From: Synechococcus sp.
Lineage (GTDB): Bacteria; Cyanobacteriota; Cyanobacteriia; PCC-6307; Cyanobiaceae
Reading direction: 5' to 3'
DNA length: 64,000 bases
NCBI GenBank assembly: GCA_047285305.1
Contig: JBJBDL010000003.1
Coordinates: 1,472,001-1,536,000 of the forward strand
Shown here: positions 35,493 through 44,698 of the stretch, piece after piece
Layout of the letters: the number at the start of each line of letters is the position of its first letter
Position numbering within the stretch: the stretch's first letter is position 1
The notes under the pieces: model-generated
Databases searched by the model: none
The model's input: only the letters and a program-made list of their open reading frames with translations
What the model was told of the DNA's origin: nothing
Translations under genes and position numbers: made by a program

Positions 35493-36866
35493 TCAGGCTT
35501 CGCCAGTGATGGAGAGTCCATCTACCCAAACATGAGGGGAAACCCCTCGGTGGGTGATTTCAGAATCAGCTTCCAGATGAGCAATGCCGTTGAGAACAGA
35601 GCGGATGTCACCGGCAACCGTTGCTGCTTCCACGGATACCCGTTCGCCGTTGTTCACCAACCATCCATCGAAGGGCAAGGAGAAGGATCCCTGTGTAGCT
35701 TTCACACCGGCGTGAAGAGCTGAAAGATCCTCAATCAGCACGAAGGGGCCTGACTCAGTGCGGTGGTTGAGGCTGTTACCGCTGCTCACCTGCGGGTTGG
35801 AACCAACCACGAACCAGTCAGGACCCACCGAAACCTTGGCTCCAAGCCCAGCATGGCCTGTGGGTTGAACACCGAAGGTTCGGGCCGTGGCTTCCGAGTG
35901 AAGGAAATTCCGCAGGGTTCCGCCCTCAATCAAGGAAAGGCGCCGGGTTGGTGTTCCCTCGCCATCAAAGGCTGCTGCACTGATGTGTCCGGGGTGGAGG
36001 CCGTCATCGTGGAGGTTAAAGAAGGGAACCGCCACATCGGATCCAATTGAATCCCGCTGGCTCAAGCTCACCCCGTCGAGCACTGAACGCGCATTGAACA
36101 TGCTGCTGAAGGCTCCGAGCAGAGAAAGAAAGGCCTCGGGGGTGAAGCAAACTCTGTAGCTCCCGGTTTCGATCGGTCGATAGTCCAGATGGCTGACGGT
36201 GCGATCAACGGCCTCGCTGATGCAGCCTTCAACATCCAGTGCGCTGCTGCCAAGACCCAGACGAACAGCACCTCCGCTGCGGGGCTTACGACCTGTTTCT
36301 TCAGCCCTTGCGTAGAGATACAGGCTGGCTTGGGTGCGTTCCATCTGGCGCAGTGCTCCATCACTGTTGAGATAGAGGCTCTGGGACAGGGATTCCGCCA
36401 ATCCGTTGTAGGGGACGGTCTGGATCGCGGGGTGGCGACCCAACAGATCGGCTTCCGCATCCCGAAGGGTGTCCAGCAAGGGGAGGATTCCTTGGCGTGG
36501 TTGAAGCGGTCGATCGAGCTGGGGGAGTGGGGCTGTGGCCAGGGGGGAGAACTCAGGGATGTCCTCGGGATTGCCAAAACGGCTGGCCGTATGGGCTCCC
36601 ACCAGGGCTTGTTCCAAGCCGCTATCGGAGAGGTCGGTGGTGCTGGTGATGCCCACCAGCCCATCGTTGTTCCAAACCCTGACGGTGATGGAGCTCCGCT
36701 GCGATGCCTTGAGTTGTTTGGCTTCACCACGATCCACCTGTACGGAGCAGTCGTCACTGCAGGCGGCACCAAGATCCCAACGACGAATGCCTTCTCGTGA
36801 GGCGAGGGTTTGAAGGCGATCCCTGAGATCCGTGGCGTTAAGGCTGTTGTTGCTGCTCATCATCAA
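35493..36866 (-). CDS. pmbA: PmbA/TldE family protein
   Basis: FDGEGTPT, TGHA, GSFSL; lacks HEXXGH; adjacent to tldD. Confidence 0.9.
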   Translation of the reverse strand: MMMSSNNSLNATDLRDRLQTLASREGIRRWDLGAACSDDCSVQVDRGEAKQLKASQRSSITVRVWNNDGLVGITSTTDLSDSGLEQALVGAHTASRFGNPEDIPEFSPLATAPLPQLDRPLQPRQGILPLLDTLRDAEADLLGRHPAIQTVPYNGLAESLSQSLYLNSDGALRQMERTQASLYLYARAEETGRKPRSGGAVRLGLGSSALDVEGCISEAVDRTVSHLDYRPIETGSYRVCFTPEAFLSLLGAFSSMFNARSVLDGVSLSQRDSIGSDVAVPFFNLHDDGLHPGHISAAAFDGEGTPTRRLSLIEGGTLRNFLHSEATARTFGVQPTGHAGLGAKVSVGPDWFVVGSNPQVSSGNSLNHRTESGPFVLIEDLSALHAGVKATQGSFSLPFDGWLVNNGERVSVEAATVAGDIRSVLNGIAHLEADSEITHRGVSPHVWVDGLSITGEA

Positions 36867-38272
36867 CGGCCCCCCACCGTGATCGAATCAACTTTGATGT
36901 GGGGTTGGCCCACGGTGACGAACACACTTCCACTGACGGATCCACAGAACCCGGCAGCCAGTTCCAGATCGTTGGCGCACATCGAAATGCGAGGCATCAC
37001 CTCCTTGGCATCACCGATCAACGTCGCCCCTTTCACCGGTTTGGTGAGCTTGCCGTTCTCAATCAGATACCCCTCTTCAACGGAGAAATTGAACTGACCT
37101 GTAGGGCCGACGCTTCCCCCACCCATGGCCTTGCAGTACAGGCCTTGATCGACGGATTCAATCAACTGTTCAGGGGTATGCGAGCCCGCGTCGATGAAGG
37201 TGTTTCGCATCCGGCTCGCAGCGGCAAAGGCATGACTCTGACGCCGGCCGCTTCCGGTGCGTTTGTGGCCCGTGCGCAGTTCACCGGCCCGATCACTGAT
37301 GAAGCGTTGGAGCACCCCGCCTTTGATCAGAATGGTGCGCTCAGGTTCCATTCCTTCGTCATCCATCGAGAGGGAACCGAAGGATCCACCACTCAGGCCT
37401 TCATCGATGGCGGTGACTGCAGGGTGAGCGATCAGTTCACCAACCCGGTCAGCGAAGGGGGTGGTGCCCCGTTCAATCTGGGTTGTTTCAAGGAGGTGGC
37501 CACAGGCCTCGTGGAAAATCACGCCACCGAACCGGTTGGCGAGAACAGCCGGCATCTGTCCGGCATCCACGTAGTCGGCACGCAACATCGTTCCAGCGCT
37601 GTTGCACACTTCAGCTGCACTGGCTTCGGAATCCCAGTCCCGAAGATCGTCCGGACGATCGGAACTGCCATAGCGGCGGCCAATGCTGGATCGGTGATCG
37701 CCGTCAGCGGCAAGAACGGAAAGACCGGTCGACTGATGCAGGCGGATGTCGCGGGCAAAGGTGCCATCGGATGCAGCCACCAGCACTTCCTGCCAGTCGC
37801 GGGCGTAACTGCCACGGCGCACCTGCAGGTGCTGACCAAGACGATTGAGATGGTCTGTGCCCTTGAGCAGGCACTGGCTGGCCTGATCAAGGGAAGGGCA
37901 GCGTTCCAGCCAGTCGGCTTTCTTCAAGCCGTGGTCGGTCAGCTGCTTCAACCCTTCAAAAGCTGACTTGGAAGCGAGCTGTTGCGCCTCGAGACCGAGC
38001 ATGGCGAGGGCCTGATCGAGGGCGCGCTGTAGGCCAGCTTCGCTGAGATCATTGGTGCTGACAAAGCCATCACGGCCATCACGGAACACTCTGAGGCCAG
38101 CTCCACGGGCGAACGACGGATTCACACTGGTGATCCGATCCTGTTCGGCAAGCAAACCGATGTGGTCGGTGCGCTCAAGAAACACCTCGACCAGGTCGGC
38201 TCCTGCTGAGCTACCACGGTGCAGCAAGGACTCCAAGAGTCCTTGCCACTGATTCGAAAAGGCGTTGGTCAA
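36863..38272 (-). CDS. tldD: TldD metalloprotease
   Basis: FHEACGHLLE, DDEG, TGSGRRQ, RMRNT, GQPHIKV. Confidence 0.93.
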   Translation of the reverse strand: MTNAFSNQWQGLLESLLHRGSSAGADLVEVFLERTDHIGLLAEQDRITSVNPSFARGAGLRVFRDGRDGFVSTNDLSEAGLQRALDQALAMLGLEAQQLASKSAFEGLKQLTDHGLKKADWLERCPSLDQASQCLLKGTDHLNRLGQHLQVRRGSYARDWQEVLVAASDGTFARDIRLHQSTGLSVLAADGDHRSSIGRRYGSSDRPDDLRDWDSEASAAEVCNSAGTMLRADYVDAGQMPAVLANRFGGVIFHEACGHLLETTQIERGTTPFADRVGELIAHPAVTAIDEGLSGGSFGSLSMDDEGMEPERTILIKGGVLQRFISDRAGELRTGHKRTGSGRRQSHAFAAASRMRNTFIDAGSHTPEQLIESVDQGLYCKAMGGGSVGPTGQFNFSVEEGYLIENGKLTKPVKGATLIGDAKEVMPRISMCANDLELAAGFCGSVSGSVFVTVGQPHIKVDSITVGGR

Positions 38273-38304
38273 GAAATCTCCTCGATTGGGCCGGGGGAAT
38301 CCCC

Positions 38305-39375
38305 TCAGCGCACAGCTGGCTGGAAACGATCGCTGTCGATCGCTGGCATCAGGAACAGCTTGGCCATTTCGGCACCGTTTCCGATCCAGAAGGGCAGCTT
38401 GCGGAGCACTTTCAGAGGAGCGATGGCATCGCTGGCATCAGCCTTTTCCAATGCGGCGTTGTTGGCCACCAGTCGTTCGAGGCGTGTCCAGAACTTGTCG
38501 TTGTTCACATCAAGAACAACGGGGAAAACGCGAGCGGACGTTTCGTTGGTCTTCTCGATCACCATCTTGTCGTAGGTGCGAGCGTCCAATCCGAGAGCCT
38601 CGTAGAACTCCTTGCGGGCCACGTCGCGCACGTACATGGTGGCAAACACCGCCAGCAGGAAGAAGCGGCACCAGAGTTTGGCGATGGGGCCACGAACCGT
38701 GTCCGGTTGGGCCTTCATCAGGGCATCAAAGAAATCACCATGACGGTTTTCGTCCTGACACCAGTTCTCAAAGAAGTTGAAGATCGGGAAGATCTTGCTG
38801 TCGGGGTTCTTTTCGAGGTGGCGGTAAATGGCGATGTAACGCCAGTAGCCGATCTTTTCAGACAGGTAGGTGGCGTAGAAGATGAATTTCGGCTTGAAGA
38901 ACGTGTAGTCCTTGTTCGCGGTCAGGAAGCCGAGATCCAGCTGCATGCCGAAATCACTCATCGACTTGTTGAGGAAGCCGGCGTGGCGAGCTTCATCCCG
39001 AGCCATGTGAGCAAAGCACTCGGCCAGCAGAGGGTTCTTCGCCTTAATGCGGCGGCTCAGTTCCTTGTAGAGCAGGAATCCTGAAAATTCGGACGTGCAG
39101 CTCTGCTCAAGGAATTCGATGAACACCTTGCGGGTTTCAGGATCCAGCTTGTCCGCAGCACCCTCGAACTCCTCACTACGAACGAAGTGGTGGCGGTTGT
39201 AATCCTTCCTGAACTCTTCACAGATGGCTTCCAGTTCAGCCTCATTGGGCTGAAGGTCCATTGCCGCCATCGCTTCGAAATCGGTGGTGTAGAAGCGAGG
39301 GGTCAGGATTGTGTCCTTGACAGGATCCTTGATGGCTACAGCGCTGCCTTCGGCCACGGCGGTGGGAGGGACCAT
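38305..39375 (-). CDS. acsF: Mg-protoporphyrin IX monomethyl ester oxidative cyclase
   Basis: [38 protein letters not shown] di-iron motifs. Confidence 0.98.
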   Translation of the reverse strand: MVPPTAVAEGSAVAIKDPVKDTILTPRFYTTDFEAMAAMDLQPNEAELEAICEEFRKDYNRHHFVRSEEFEGAADKLDPETRKVFIEFLEQSCTSEFSGFLLYKELSRRIKAKNPLLAECFAHMARDEARHAGFLNKSMSDFGMQLDLGFLTANKDYTFFKPKFIFYATYLSEKIGYWRYIAIYRHLEKNPDSKIFPIFNFFENWCQDENRHGDFFDALMKAQPDTVRGPIAKLWCRFFLLAVFATMYVRDVARKEFYEALGLDARTYDKMVIEKTNETSARVFPVVLDVNNDKFWTRLERLVANNAALEKADASDAIAPLKVLRKLPFWIGNGAEMAKLFLMPAIDSDRFQPAVR

Positions 39376-39441
39376 CAGTTGCGGTTCACGATCCTGCCAA
39401 TGTAGGCCTGTCAGCCCAACCCCCGAGGCCAATGCGGGCGG

Positions 39442-39879
39442 TTAGTTACCTCCCAGCCACTTTTGGCCGTTGAGCCGTTGCAAGAGACGAGACACGAGAA
39501 GGGGCAAAGACATCCGCTTCTCATCGATCAGAAAGCTCTCCAGCAGCGTTGGCTCACTGCCGGCATCAGCTAGGGCAATAACTTTGGCGCTGTTGATGTC
39601 GGCCTTGGAGAAGCAGACCCAGAAGCGACGGCCCCTTGGCAGTTCACCAACCACCATTGGACATTCACCACCGACGACTGGACGCTGCCCATCCACGCGC
39701 TCGAGCCGATCAGCTGTGATGTCGTGTTCGGCCAACTGTTTGGCGACGGCCGGCAAAAACAGTGTGTCGATGAATTCAGGGAAGGGCTTGTCCTCCGGCT
39801 TGGGCGGTTTGGCTTTCGGCACCGCTTTTGGAGGGGGCTCTTGACCTGAAGATCTTTTCTCGACTGGGGTTTCGCTCAC
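39442..39879 (-). CDS. DUF2996-family protein
   Basis: EDKPFPEFI, ESFLIDEKR, QRLNGQKWLGGN. Confidence 0.85.
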   Translation of the reverse strand: MSETPVEKRSSGQEPPPKAVPKAKPPKPEDKPFPEFIDTLFLPAVAKQLAEHDITADRLERVDGQRPVVGGECPMVVGELPRGRRFWVCFSKADINSAKVIALADAGSEPTLLESFLIDEKRMSLPLLVSRLLQRLNGQKWLGGN

Positions 39880-39924
39880 CGATCCAGCAATGCTGAGGCA
39901 ACTGTAAGCAGCTTGGTGCGTTGC

Positions 39925-40410
39925 TTACCAGTTCGTCTCCGGATCATCTCCCCAATCACTGAACTCCTGTGAAGGAGAGCCCACAGTTGAAGCGCCTGAT
40001 GAAGCGTCTGACTGAGGGGGAGCTGATGAAGGGCGTTGAATCACGCGGTAGGCCACAGACACGGTTGGAGCCGGTTCTCTCACATCTCTTTCGGGACCGG
40101 GGTTTGCGCTGGATCTGGGTGTCGGTTCGTTGGCGGCGTAGCCCCTCTCATCGAACTCCGGTTGCACAGGGGAACGCCTTTGGCGACTCAGGGGACGCTC
40201 CACTGGGGATACCAAAACCGCTGCGACAGCGGCTCCGGCCGCACCACCCACGCCAGCTAGCGCTGTCCATGCCCCAACGGGGAGCGGAGGTGTTGTCCAA
40301 ACCAGCAGACGGATCCGGGTCTTGTCTCCGACATTGGTGGCCGACAGAACCAGCAAGGCCAGCATTGGCGCCAGGCAGGGAATCAGCAGCAGCCGCTGAA
40401 ACATGCTCAT
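39925..40410 (-). CDS. Hypothetical membrane protein (LapA-like N-terminus)
   Basis: Two TM segments, then a disordered tail ending DWGDDPETNW. Confidence 0.7.
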   Translation of the reverse strand: MSMFQRLLLIPCLAPMLALLVLSATNVGDKTRIRLLVWTTPPLPVGAWTALAGVGGAAGAAVAAVLVSPVERPLSRQRRSPVQPEFDERGYAANEPTPRSSANPGPERDVREPAPTVSVAYRVIQRPSSAPPQSDASSGASTVGSPSQEFSDWGDDPETNW

Positions 40411-41018
40411 TCCAGGGGGCCCTGCCAGCGTTTCAGGGGTGCAAGGTCCTCCTCAAGGCCATCGAACAGGCGTACCACCAGAAAGTCCACCATCTCCTCC
40501 AATGAATCGGGCCGGGTATACCAGGCCGGAATGGGAGCGGCAATGGTTGCTCCAGCTTCAGCGAGGCCAGTGAGGTTGCGGAGGTGAATCAGGTTGAAAG
40601 GCATCTCCCGGGGAGCAATCACCAGGGGCCGACGCTCCTTGAGATGCACATCCGCACAACGTTCGATCAGATCTGCGGAGATACCGGCATGGATCCGCCC
40701 GACGGTTCCCATGCTGCAGGGAACGATGACCATCGCCCGAGTTCTGTAGCTGCCACTGGCAATGCAGGCAGCCTGATCATTCCAGCGATGACAGGTGAGC
40801 TCGCCACTCTCCACCGACAGCCTCTCTCGCCAGAACGCACGTTGTTTCAGGGGATCAACAGGGATCGTCAGGCCCTGTTCCGCACGAAACACCTCATGGG
40901 CACCATGGCTGAGCACAAGATGCACCGAGCGCCCGCGCTGCAGCAGCAGCTGTAGGGCACGCTCGGCCAGGGGTTGAGCGGATGCACCGGTGACTGCCAG
41001 AACGTATGGATGCATCAC
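40407..41018 (-). CDS. ubiX: Flavin prenyltransferase
   Basis: VTGASA, IASGS, PCSMGT, KERRPLVIAPREMP. Confidence 0.95.
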   Translation of the reverse strand: MMHPYVLAVTGASAQPLAERALQLLLQRGRSVHLVLSHGAHEVFRAEQGLTIPVDPLKQRAFWRERLSVESGELTCHRWNDQAACIASGSYRTRAMVIVPCSMGTVGRIHAGISADLIERCADVHLKERRPLVIAPREMPFNLIHLRNLTGLAEAGATIAAPIPAWYTRPDSLEEMVDFLVVRLFDGLEEDLAPLKRWQGPLE

Positions 41019-43355
41019 TCAGCGCTCGCTGAGGGCAACGGGCAGCGGCTCCGAGGATTCAGGCGCTGAGGATTCAGGTTCCGTGGAGCCATTGGAACCC
41101 TGGCTGATGACCTCAAGGTCGATCTGGTTGCGCAGAACATCCACATTGATCACGCGCACCTGTACGGCGTCGCCAAGTTGATAGGTCTGACGGTTCTTGC
41201 GCCCGACCAAGCGATTCTGGCGTGATCTGTATTCGTACCAGTCATCGTTGAGGGAGCTCACATGCACCAGCCCTTCAACGCGACTTTCACCAACTTCCAC
41301 GAAAAAGCCATAGCTCTGCACACCACTGATGCGCCCTTCCACCTGTTTGCCGATCAGGGGTTGGGCTGAACGGGCCTGGATCATCGAAAGCAGATCCTTT
41401 TCCAGTTCCAACACCTGACGCCGTCGCGTGTTGAGCCGCTGCACGGTGCGCTCGTTCACCAATCCGTTCAACTTCTCGTCCTGGGATGCGGTGAACAGGG
41501 GCCACGTGAGATCAGCACCGGCACCCTTGAGGCCAAGCTTCAGACGGGTCTTGTGACGGACGGTTGGACGATCCTTGGCATCGGTCAGCAGCGCAACGAT
41601 CACCTGTTGATTCACCAGGTGGGCGTAGTGCTGGGTGGCACAGGTCCATGGGGTCAGTGAGCTATTCCGGCTTGACGCAGCAACCTCGTCCCCATCGGAA
41701 TCTGCTGCCGCAGGGGGGGCCTCTGTGGATGCCACAAGGGTGAGAGGTGGCAGGGCGTGACTGAGTTGTTGTTCCAGCACCCGGCGCTGACTGCTGTCTT
41801 TGAACACCTGAACCAGCTCCGAAGCTGATGGACAGCCGTCGTCATCCAGTTCAAGGGGAAGATCCAGGGCAATGGCTGTCTTTGCCACATCGGTGAGCAC
41901 GCTGCCATCGGGTTCATCCGCCTCAACGGTGATGCCCGGCAGTTGGAGCTCGAGTCGTTGTGTGGTCCACGCACGGTCGGCGGCCCTCAACAGAGGCTGA
42001 AGGAACGCATGGGGGTCGACCGGGTTGAACGCATCAACCCAGCGATGCCGCAACCCGGAGGGATCTGCGCTGCAGAGGTCACCAAGGGCCTCCAGCTGTG
42101 GAGGGCAGAGATCGAGCTGCACAACCCCGTTGGCACGCTCCTGCTCCAACAACAGCGTGCTGCAGAAGCGCAGGGTCTCCAGCTGACTGAGTTGGTCTTT
42201 GATCGGCTTGAGGGCGGTCGGGACGCTGCGCGCCTTGGGTTTGCGTTCCGCCAGGGCGACCAACTGATCGGCGCTCACCTCGGCGACGGGGCGCACCGTG
42301 CTGAGCATGAACTCCCAGTCGCTCACCTCACCGTTGGCAGAGACGTCGAGCCGAACGCTGATGGCATCAGCCTCGGACCCGGCCGAGAAGCTGGTGGCCT
42401 TGTGGAGGGCCGGAGTGAGAAGAGGTTGCCAGACTTCACCGAGGCAAAGGGCTTCACCGCGGTCGCGCAGGCAGGCATCGAGGCTGTTGCCCAGACCGAT
42501 CCGCTCGCCCACGCTGGGCGCATGGACCCAGAGGCGACAACCGCCTTCCCTGGCTTCAACGTGCACGGCAGGTAACCCCGGTGCATCGTCCTGACTCCAT
42601 CCTTTGAGCAGCAGCGACTGTTGTGCGGTGAGATCGACCCGGCCCTTGGACGCAGGGGTTTTGCCAGAGCTCCTGGGTGCCGTTGGACGGTCCTGGAGAC
42701 CAACCTTGGTCAGCAGCAGGTCCCGGTCGGCTGCTGGTCCGCCATTGAGCGGGAGAGATCGCACAACGTGGCCGGCCGCAGGATGCTGAGCCACGGGATA
42801 GCGATCGATGCGCACCTCGACAACGCTGGAGATCTCATCACCAGGCAGATGCTTGGAATCCTCTGCTGGCAGCTCAATGCCGGCAAGCACTCTGTCGTCC
42901 AAGGGAGAGGCGAGCAGCTGGTCGCTCTGCTGCTCCACCTGAGCCAGGAGAGATTGCGTGGCCCGTTCCAGGATGCATTGCACACCTCCTTCAGGAGAGC
43001 GGCGGCGTCCGCCCTCCCGCGTCACCCGAACCAGCACACGATCGCCATTCCAGGCGTGGTTCAGCTGATGGTCACGGATGTAGATGTCCTCGCCGCCGTC
43101 ATCGCGAATGGCGAAGCAGAAGCCTTTGCTGCTGCAACGCAGGCGAGCATCAATCAGATCACTCTCCTGGGGCCGTGTGAGACCACCCTCACTGGTCTTT
43201 TCGATCACACCGATTTTCATCAGTGATGAAACAGCAAGCTCAAGCGCCGCTTTATCCGTCTTGTTGCTGAGCTTGAGGATCTTGGCCAGTTGGTCGGGCT
43301 CAGAGGAGTGCTCCGTTGAGAGCTGATCCAGCAGATCGGCAACCGTAAATTTCAT
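41019..43355 (-). CDS. RNase R/RNase II family protein (HTH-CSD-RNB-S1) with degenerate catalytic motifs
   Basis: KGFCFA CSD, AWNGDRVLV, RLWVH, S1 domain GVQSYGFFVE...EGLVHVSSL. Confidence 0.88.
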   Translation of the reverse strand: MKFTVADLLDQLSTEHSSEPDQLAKILKLSNKTDKAALELAVSSLMKIGVIEKTSEGGLTRPQESDLIDARLRCSSKGFCFAIRDDGGEDIYIRDHQLNHAWNGDRVLVRVTREGGRRRSPEGGVQCILERATQSLLAQVEQQSDQLLASPLDDRVLAGIELPAEDSKHLPGDEISSVVEVRIDRYPVAQHPAAGHVVRSLPLNGGPAADRDLLLTKVGLQDRPTAPRSSGKTPASKGRVDLTAQQSLLLKGWSQDDAPGLPAVHVEAREGGCRLWVHAPSVGERIGLGNSLDACLRDRGEALCLGEVWQPLLTPALHKATSFSAGSEADAISVRLDVSANGEVSDWEFMLSTVRPVAEVSADQLVALAERKPKARSVPTALKPIKDQLSQLETLRFCSTLLLEQERANGVVQLDLCPPQLEALGDLCSADPSGLRHRWVDAFNPVDPHAFLQPLLRAADRAWTTQRLELQLPGITVEADEPDGSVLTDVAKTAIALDLPLELDDDGCPSASELVQVFKDSSQRRVLEQQLSHALPPLTLVASTEAPPAAADSDGDEVAASSRNSSLTPWTCATQHYAHLVNQQVIVALLTDAKDRPTVRHKTRLKLGLKGAGADLTWPLFTASQDEKLNGLVNERTVQRLNTRRRQVLELEKDLLSMIQARSAQPLIGKQVEGRISGVQSYGFFVEVGESRVEGLVHVSSLNDDWYEYRSRQNRLVGRKNRQTYQLGDAVQVRVINVDVLRNQIDLEVISQGSNGSTEPESSAPESSEPLPVALSER

Positions 43356-43455
43356 CGTGGCGTGCGCAGAAACCGACCATCAGGGCCGGGAGAGAGGGAA
43401 GGGGTGGTCGACGCTCTTCAGCAGGCCGTGCAGAGTCAGCCCTTCAAAGATCACT

Positions 43456-43773
43456 TTAGGACTCAGAAGTTTGATCCCCGTCCGAGTTGGCTTCACCATC
43501 ACGGACGAGAGGAACCAGCAAGCGGCCACCGATCACGAGGAAACCAACGGAAGCCAGCAGTTGAAGCAGATCGCTGGGAATCACGGTTGCAACGGAACCA
43601 CCGGCGAAGGCCCCCAGCAAACTGGCCAGAACCAACGCCGATGATGAGCCGAGAAACACGGCCAGGGGGCGATTGGACGTGCCACTGATGGCAACGGTGG
43701 CGAGTTGGGTCTTGTCACCGAGTTCGGCAAGGAACACGGTCAAGAACGTGGAGATCAGAAGGGGAAAATCCAT
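43456..43773 (-). CDS. Half-size UPF0016/TMEM165/GDT1 cation exchanger subunit
   Basis: VFLAELGDKTQLA motif, 3 TM. Confidence 0.9.
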   Translation of the reverse strand: MDFPLLISTFLTVFLAELGDKTQLATVAISGTSNRPLAVFLGSSSALVLASLLGAFAGGSVATVIPSDLLQLLASVGFLVIGGRLLVPLVRDGEANSDGDQTSES

Positions 43774-43775
43774 CG

Positions 43776-44108
43776 TCAGCTCCCTGCATTGAGCCAAAGG
43801 GAGCTGGCGGCCTGAAGACCGAGCCAGATGCCGAGCGCCACCATCAGCACCCCAGCCATCAGTTCAAGACGCTCAGGCGGAAGGGTTTTGGCCAACCATT
43901 GACCGACGAGAACGCCCACAAGGCTGGAAGAAATCAACGCCAGCGCGGCACCGATGAACACGAGAACAGGAGAGCCGGACTGAGCCGAGAGCAACAGCGT
44001 TGCCAACTGGGTTTTGTCGCCCAGTTCAGCAACAAACACTGTGGTGAAGGTGCTGAACAGCACGGCAGCAAAGCTGCGCGACTCAGGGCTTGTTTGCTCA
44101 CTCGTCAA
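43776..44108 (-). CDS. Half-size UPF0016/TMEM165/GDT1 cation exchanger subunit
   Basis: VFVAELGDKTQLA motif, 3 TM. Confidence 0.9.
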   Translation of the reverse strand: MTSEQTSPESRSFAAVLFSTFTTVFVAELGDKTQLATLLLSAQSGSPVLVFIGAALALISSSLVGVLVGQWLAKTLPPERLELMAGVLMVALGIWLGLQAASSLWLNAGS

Positions 44109-44472
44109 CAGAACCTCCCGCGATCTGAGCGCGCTTGAACCTACGCATCACGCCACTGCGGCCGCCATAGGTGCTGCGGATCTGTTGTTGGCAACAGGTG
44201 ATGGCGAAGGCATCGAACTGATCATCGGGAACGTCAAAAAGACGGCCCAGACCACTAACACGACAGAAATCAGGTCGCTCCTCATAAATCGTGCAGCGCT
44301 GACTGCCCGTGTCGTAGTGGATGCACCAGCCGTCAGGGCCAACCATGGCCAGATAGGTGCGTTGTTGCTCTTCGTTCAAGGCCGCCAGGGCATCAGCCCG
44401 TTCCTCCGGAGCGAGTCGGCAACAGGCTCCACAGTGTTTGATGCAGGACCATTGCGGCGTCTCTCGGCTCAT
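44098..44472 (-). CDS. YkgJ family cysteine-cluster (CxxCxxCC) protein
   Basis: CIKHCGACC...WC...CTIYEERPDFCR. Confidence 0.9.
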   Translation of the reverse strand: MSRETPQWSCIKHCGACCRLAPEERADALAALNEEQQRTYLAMVGPDGWCIHYDTGSQRCTIYEERPDFCRVSGLGRLFDVPDDQFDAFAITCCQQQIRSTYGGRSGVMRRFKRAQIAGGSVDE

Positions 44473-44580
44473 GATTGAAGCTGTGACAAGCCATCACAGA
44501 GATCAGAACCAATCCGTCGCACTTGGGACAGAGCCCCGTAGCCTGGGAGGCGTAACGATTTTGGACAGCGCTGCATCGCC

Positions 44581-44688
44581 ATGGGCTTTGACATTCACCT
44601 GATCGCCAACTTTGCCGCCCTGGCGATGATCACCATTGCCGGTCCCGCTGTCATCTTCATCCTCTTCTACCGCCGCGGCGCACTCTGA
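44581..44688 (+). CDS. psb30: Photosystem II reaction centre protein Psb30 (Ycf12)
   Basis: Manual translation: [35 protein letters not shown]. Confidence 0.93.
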   Translation: MGFDIHLIANFAALAMITIAGPAVIFILFYRRGAL

Positions 44689-44698
44689 TCGCCTCGTT

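Noticed and set aside
36899..37966. Long antisense ORFs opposite core genes (e.g. 355 aa opposite tldD, 308 aa opposite hslO)
   Set aside because: Expected shadow ORFs in GC-rich coding DNA, with no motifs.
35493..38272. TldD/TldE as part of a RiPP biosynthetic cluster
   Set aside because: Neighbours are housekeeping genes (fmt, acsF); no precursor peptide or modification enzymes nearby.
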